From Akkermansia sp. (GTDB lineage Bacteria; Verrucomicrobiota; Verrucomicrobiia; Verrucomicrobiales; Akkermansiaceae): a stretch of 64,000 nt of DNA. Location: assembly GCA_017546845.1 (NCBI GenBank), contig JAFYRS010000094.1:12573-76572 (forward strand). The letters run 5' to 3'. The stretch's first letter is position 1; every line of letters begins with the position of its first letter. Below are positions 60,215 through 64,000 of this stretch, piece after piece. The notes below the pieces were generated by a model, which made no database searches, had not been told where the DNA came from, and worked only from the letters and a program-made list of their open reading frames with translations. The position numbers and the translations under genes are program-made.

Positions 60215-61735
60215 TTAGTTTGCTGCAGCCGGTTGCTGCTCTGCAGGTGCAGTCTCGGATTCCGGTTTATCCTGCACCACCTCCATGGTGTTCTCACCAA
60301 TATCGGCATCGAGCTCTTTCTGGGTTGCGGCCAGCGCACTGTCAATCTGCGCTTCTGCGTTGGAGGTAATGCGGTCCAGCGAGGAAATGGCGCGCTCAAG
60401 AGAGGCTTTCAGTCGGCGGTATTCGCGCATGCGCTTGGTGATTTCCTGCTGCGTTTCGCGGTACTGCTCTCGGATGGGGGTGCGGTACTCATTGGGCAGC
60501 AGCTGCTGCTTGAGCCCCATGATGATCTGGTACGAGGGAACCTTTTTAATCTGCTCATCAGCACCTTCGAGATTACCTGTCACCATGGCCATACGCACAC
60601 TGTCCATATCTGACCAGAACTGCTGCAGGAGCGAAGGTACGGTGCCCACGGCCTTATCTATGGGTTCGCGTTCATTGCGGCGGATGGCATCCTTCACTTT
60701 ATTAACGGAGATGGACAGCATCTTCAGGTTGCGGGTCTGTGGCACAAACCAGACGGAGGCAATATCATCGCCATCTTCCTTCAATTTGGCGGCAAGTTCT
60801 TCGTACTGGCGTTCATCCACAGTTGCCATGGCCTGGCGCTTATCTGCACCCAGGCGCTTGCGGGAAGCTGTTTCCTTATCGTACATGCGAGTCCACTTCT
60901 TCTGCAAATCGTGGAGGGTTTTGATGTACCAGTCATGGGCTGCCTTATATTCAGTAATGCCCTGGTAACGATCGCGCATGATTTCGAATTTGTCCAGGCC
61001 GCCCACTTTCCGGCGTCCTTTCTTTTCCTTCATGTCGATTTTCATGGCCTGATATGCAGCCTGACCGTCACGTACGTAGCGGTCGCGCTCATCTGCACTT
61101 ACCTTCGAGAAGGTGAAATCATCAGCTCCTGCCTTGTTGAAATCGTCCTGGAGTTTGGCAATTTCCAGGGCGCGCTGGTCCATGTCGGCCAACTGGCGGG
61201 AAATGCGTTCCTTGACATTACGCGTCTGGTTCAACAGGGCTTGGCTCGGTTTGGAGATTTTGGCTACTTCGGTGTCAATCTTAGCCAGTTTTTCGCGCAG
61301 TCTCACCGTAACATCAGCCGCTTTCTCCTCGCCGGCTCGCTGCGCAATGTTGCCGTCTGCAATAGGTTCGGGTGCGGCCGTTTCAGCCGCGGGAGTGGTG
61401 TTTTCGGCAGGTGCCTGTTCAGCCGGTGCCTCAGGAGCAGGCGTTTCAGCCGGAGCAGAGGGCTCTGCCTCAGTAGCCGGAGGCGTGATTTCCGGTTCCT
61501 CTTCCTGCTTCACCACCTCGCGCATATTGATGATGGAGCTCTGGGAAACTTTTTTCGTTACGACTTTGCCTGCCTTGTTTTTGCCGGAGAACTTGGTTTC
61601 GTTCGTGCTTTTGTAAATGATGGTGCAATCTGTAAAACGCTCGCCCGAGGTAAGGGTGATGGTGTAGACAGATGCTGCCTGGGCAACAGTGATACCCATA
61701 GCTAACAGGGTGAACAAAATGGACGACTTCTTCAT
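60215..61735 (-). CDS. secreted hypothetical protein with Pro/Ala linker and long helical region
   Basis: Signal peptide, small N-terminal domain, PAETPAPEAPAEQ linker, charged helical C-terminal part. Confidence 0.8.
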   Translation of the reverse strand: MKKSSILFTLLAMGITVAQAASVYTITLTSGERFTDCTIIYKSTNETKFSGKNKAGKVVTKKVSQSSIINMREVVKQEEEPEITPPATEAEPSAPAETPAPEAPAEQAPAENTTPAAETAAPEPIADGNIAQRAGEEKAADVTVRLREKLAKIDTEVAKISKPSQALLNQTRNVKERISRQLADMDQRALEIAKLQDDFNKAGADDFTFSKVSADERDRYVRDGQAAYQAMKIDMKEKKGRRKVGGLDKFEIMRDRYQGITEYKAAHDWYIKTLHDLQKKWTRMYDKETASRKRLGADKRQAMATVDERQYEELAAKLKEDGDDIASVWFVPQTRNLKMLSISVNKVKDAIRRNEREPIDKAVGTVPSLLQQFWSDMDSVRMAMVTGNLEGADEQIKKVPSYQIIMGLKQQLLPNEYRTPIREQYRETQQEITKRMREYRRLKASLERAISSLDRITSNAEAQIDSALAATQKELDADIGENTMEVVQDKPESETAPAEQQPAAAN

Positions 61736-61842
61736 AAGACAAAGGAGAACTTATTATTTCGGATAACCTATCATAAAGTTAATCAATATGCAAACCTCAA
61801 ATTACTTGCTTACGCAAAAATACTCTGTTTGCGACATAAAAT

Positions 61843-61866
61843 CACCCCGGTGGTCGGACCGGGGTG
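61843..61866 (-). terminator. terminator after pyrD
   Basis: CACCCCGGT/ACCGGGGTG stem with upstream A run. Confidence 0.7.
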
Positions 61867-61875
61867 GGATATATC

Positions 61876-62919
61876 TTACTTTGCGTAATACTCGCGGATG
61901 GCTTTTGCCGCGGCGTGTACCAGCGGCGGCCCGTTGTATACAAAGCCGGAATAGAGCTGCACCAGAGAGGCGCCAGCCTTGATTTTGTTCACGGCATCCT
62001 CTGCGGTGGTGATGCCGCCCACGCCGATGATGGGAATACTTCCCTTGAGTTCCTGTGCAAAGGCGGCCAGGGTTTCATTGGCCCGGTCATAAAGCGGTTT
62101 GCCGGACATGCCGCCGCTTTGGGATGCATGCGGGGAGTCCTCCACACCGATGCGGGTGGTGGTGGTGTTGGAGCAGATAAGGCCATCCAGCTGGCAGTCC
62201 TGGAACACATGCGCAAGGTCGCGGATTTGCGCTTCGCTCATGTCGGGCGAAACCTTCATGACGAGCGGCACATAGCGCCCTGTATCATTTGCCAGGTTGG
62301 CTTGCTCGCTCTTCATGAGGGAGAGCAGGTCTGCGGCGCTGTCTGCCTTGGCAAGGTCCTGCAGATTGGGCACGTTCGGGCAGGAGAAGTTGATGGCAAC
62401 ATAGTCTGCCACATCCCATACGGCGCGCAGGCAGGCCAGGTAATCCTGGTGAGCCTCTGCATTGGGGGTCACTTTGTTTTTGCTGATGTTAACACCCAGC
62501 ACTCCGTTGAAGCGGCGCGTACGGCGAATGTTTTCCACGCCTTCATCAACGCCGGGGTTGTTGATGCCCATGTGGTTAATGAGGGCCTGCTGGGGAATGC
62601 AGCGGAATAAGCGGGGTTTGGGATTCCCGGGCTGGGGCCGGGGGGTCAGCGTGCCGACCTCGACAAAACCGAAGCCGAGATGCCCGAATGCGGCGACCGT
62701 GTTGGCCTCTTTATCCATACCTGCAGCCAGGCCTACCCGGTTCGGGAACTGAAGCCCCATGACGGTTACGGGGTCATTTACCGGCTTGTTTCCAATGAGA
62801 GCAGGGAGCAGGTGCAGGTGCTCAGCTGTGCGCAGACCTGCCAGAGTAATCTTGTGGGCCGTCTCGGGGTCCAGGCAGAACAGCAACTTTTTCGCGAGGT
62901 TGTAAAGAGCGGGTGACAC
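61876..62919 (-). CDS. pyrD: quinone-dependent dihydroorotate dehydrogenase (class 2)
   Basis: DPETAH, GLAAGMDK, QPGNPKPRLFR, NFSCPN, GGMSG and GASLVQLYS motifs. Confidence 0.95.
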   Translation of the reverse strand: MSPALYNLAKKLLFCLDPETAHKITLAGLRTAEHLHLLPALIGNKPVNDPVTVMGLQFPNRVGLAAGMDKEANTVAAFGHLGFGFVEVGTLTPRPQPGNPKPRLFRCIPQQALINHMGINNPGVDEGVENIRRTRRFNGVLGVNISKNKVTPNAEAHQDYLACLRAVWDVADYVAINFSCPNVPNLQDLAKADSAADLLSLMKSEQANLANDTGRYVPLVMKVSPDMSEAQIRDLAHVFQDCQLDGLICSNTTTTRIGVEDSPHASQSGGMSGKPLYDRANETLAAFAQELKGSIPIIGVGGITTAEDAVNKIKAGASLVQLYSGFVYNGPPLVHAAAKAIREYYAK

Positions 62920-63009
62920 GTAATGAACGGGTTAATTGATATTACTGGAATAAATATGCGATTTATCCGCGCAGCATTCTACCAGAAGGTACTCAAAAAG
63001 CAACACTTT

Positions 63010-63879
63010 TTATTCTTCTTCCACCACCTGGGTCACAGAGCCGATGGCCGGGCAGCTGAACTCTACCACATCTCCCGGTTTGAGGTATTGCGGCGGATTC
63101 ATGCCGAGGGCCACGCCACCGGGTGTACCTGTTGATACCACATCACCCGGGTTCAGGGTCATGAACTGCGATACATAGGCCACCAGCTGCGCCACCGGCA
63201 TAATCAGTTGTGAGGTGTTGGCTTTCTGCCGCACTTCTCCGTTGACCTTCAATTCCAGTTCCAGATTATCAGGGTCGGGGATTTCATCCTTTGTCACGAA
63301 TACGGGGCCGAAGGGGGCAAAGGTGTCATAGCTCTTGCCCTTGGTCCACTGGCCGCCGTGCTCAAGCTGGTAGGAACGCTCGGAATAATCGCACATGAGC
63401 GTGTAGCCCACAATGGCCCGGCGGGCTTCAGCCTCCGTGGCGCGGTGCAGGGTGTCTCCTATGATGACGGCCAGTTCCACTTCGTAATCCAGCTTGGTGG
63501 CCCCTTCGGGGTTGATGACATAGGAAAGGTCTGATGATATGGCCGATGTAGCCTTCAGGAAAAGGGAGGGTTCAGTCGGGGTGTCGCCGCTGAATTCCTT
63601 TGCGTGGTCTGCATAGCATTTGCCGAGGCAGGCCAGCGTGCAGGGCTGCACGTGCAAGGCGCTGGAGACAGCCAGCCCCTTTGTGTCTACCGGCACACCA
63701 TCTGCTGCACCTTTGGAAATCCAGGTTTCGATTTCCTTGCGCAGCTTCTTGCCACCGGGCAGCATGGCTGCCCACAGCTGCTCATCCTGTGCGGTTACAT
63801 CAATAAAACACCCGCGCTTGGGGACCCAGAGGCCGATGGTGCTTTCTCCTTCTTCGTCTACGTAGTACTGAAGTCTCAT
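63010..63879 (-). CDS. fumarylacetoacetate hydrolase family protein
   Basis: YADHAKE, LDYEVELAV, QWTKGKSYDTF and GDVVSTGTPGGV motifs. Confidence 0.92.
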   Translation of the reverse strand: MRLQYYVDEEGESTIGLWVPKRGCFIDVTAQDEQLWAAMLPGGKKLRKEIETWISKGAADGVPVDTKGLAVSSALHVQPCTLACLGKCYADHAKEFSGDTPTEPSLFLKATSAISSDLSYVINPEGATKLDYEVELAVIIGDTLHRATEAEARRAIVGYTLMCDYSERSYQLEHGGQWTKGKSYDTFAPFGPVFVTKDEIPDPDNLELELKVNGEVRQKANTSQLIMPVAQLVAYVSQFMTLNPGDVVSTGTPGGVALGMNPPQYLKPGDVVEFSCPAIGSVTQVVEEE

Positions 63880-63901
63880 GATTGAAGATGTTGCTGTATA
63901 A

Positions 63902-64000
63902 TCACATGGAATCCCAGCCGTTGATGGTGTCCGGGATATCGTCAAACCGGGGCAGACCGCTTTCTGTGGGCAGCTGGGGCCCGGGTGCGTCCTCTTCCTC
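63902..64000 (-). CDS. 3' end of an upstream gene (truncated by window)
   Basis: Open frame EEEDAPGPQLPTESGLPRFDDIPDTINGWDSM* ending 22 nt before the FAA hydrolase start. Confidence 0.5.
   Translation of the reverse strand, partial: EEEDAPGPQLPTESGLPRFDDIPDTINGWDSM

Noticed and set aside
61380-61500. Repetitive GC-rich tract
   Set aside because: Encodes the Pro/Ala/Glu linker of the 506-aa protein.

Overview
A 64-kb, roughly 55-58% GC (visual estimate) bacterial chromosome segment. Gene content and protein style suggest an Akkermansia-like verrucomicrobium; this is inference, no search was run. It is mostly housekeeping: thrS-infC, rmuC, dnaE, ilvA, maf, uppS, kdsB, argH, mcsA-mcsB-clpC, mutL, gatB, a UmuC-like polymerase, a DsbD-like protein, a UvrD helicase, a GH29 fucosidase, ftsH-rsfS, ribBA, glnS, asnS, lpxK, serA and pyrD, plus several secreted hypothetical proteins. 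I saw no rRNA, canonical tRNA, IS, prophage or CRISPR array. The strongest unexplained signal is the ~560-bp gap at 50408-50966. It holds two candidate ~100-nt small RNAs, each with its own sigma70-type promoter and U-tailed 3' stem. Both carry the motif CAUAGGGU(A)GUUGG, which is antisense to an AUG start codon and its upstream C-rich leader, and a third structured element lies between them. Other notable points: many promoters sit 6-7 nt from the start codon (apparent leaderless mRNAs); several enzymes have lost catalytic motifs (McsB, MutL endonuclease, NadE-like protein, Ser/Thr kinase-like protein, serpin); a YlbF-like protein has a 20-Cys metallothionein-like tail; and a secreted helical domain family appears five times in four genes.
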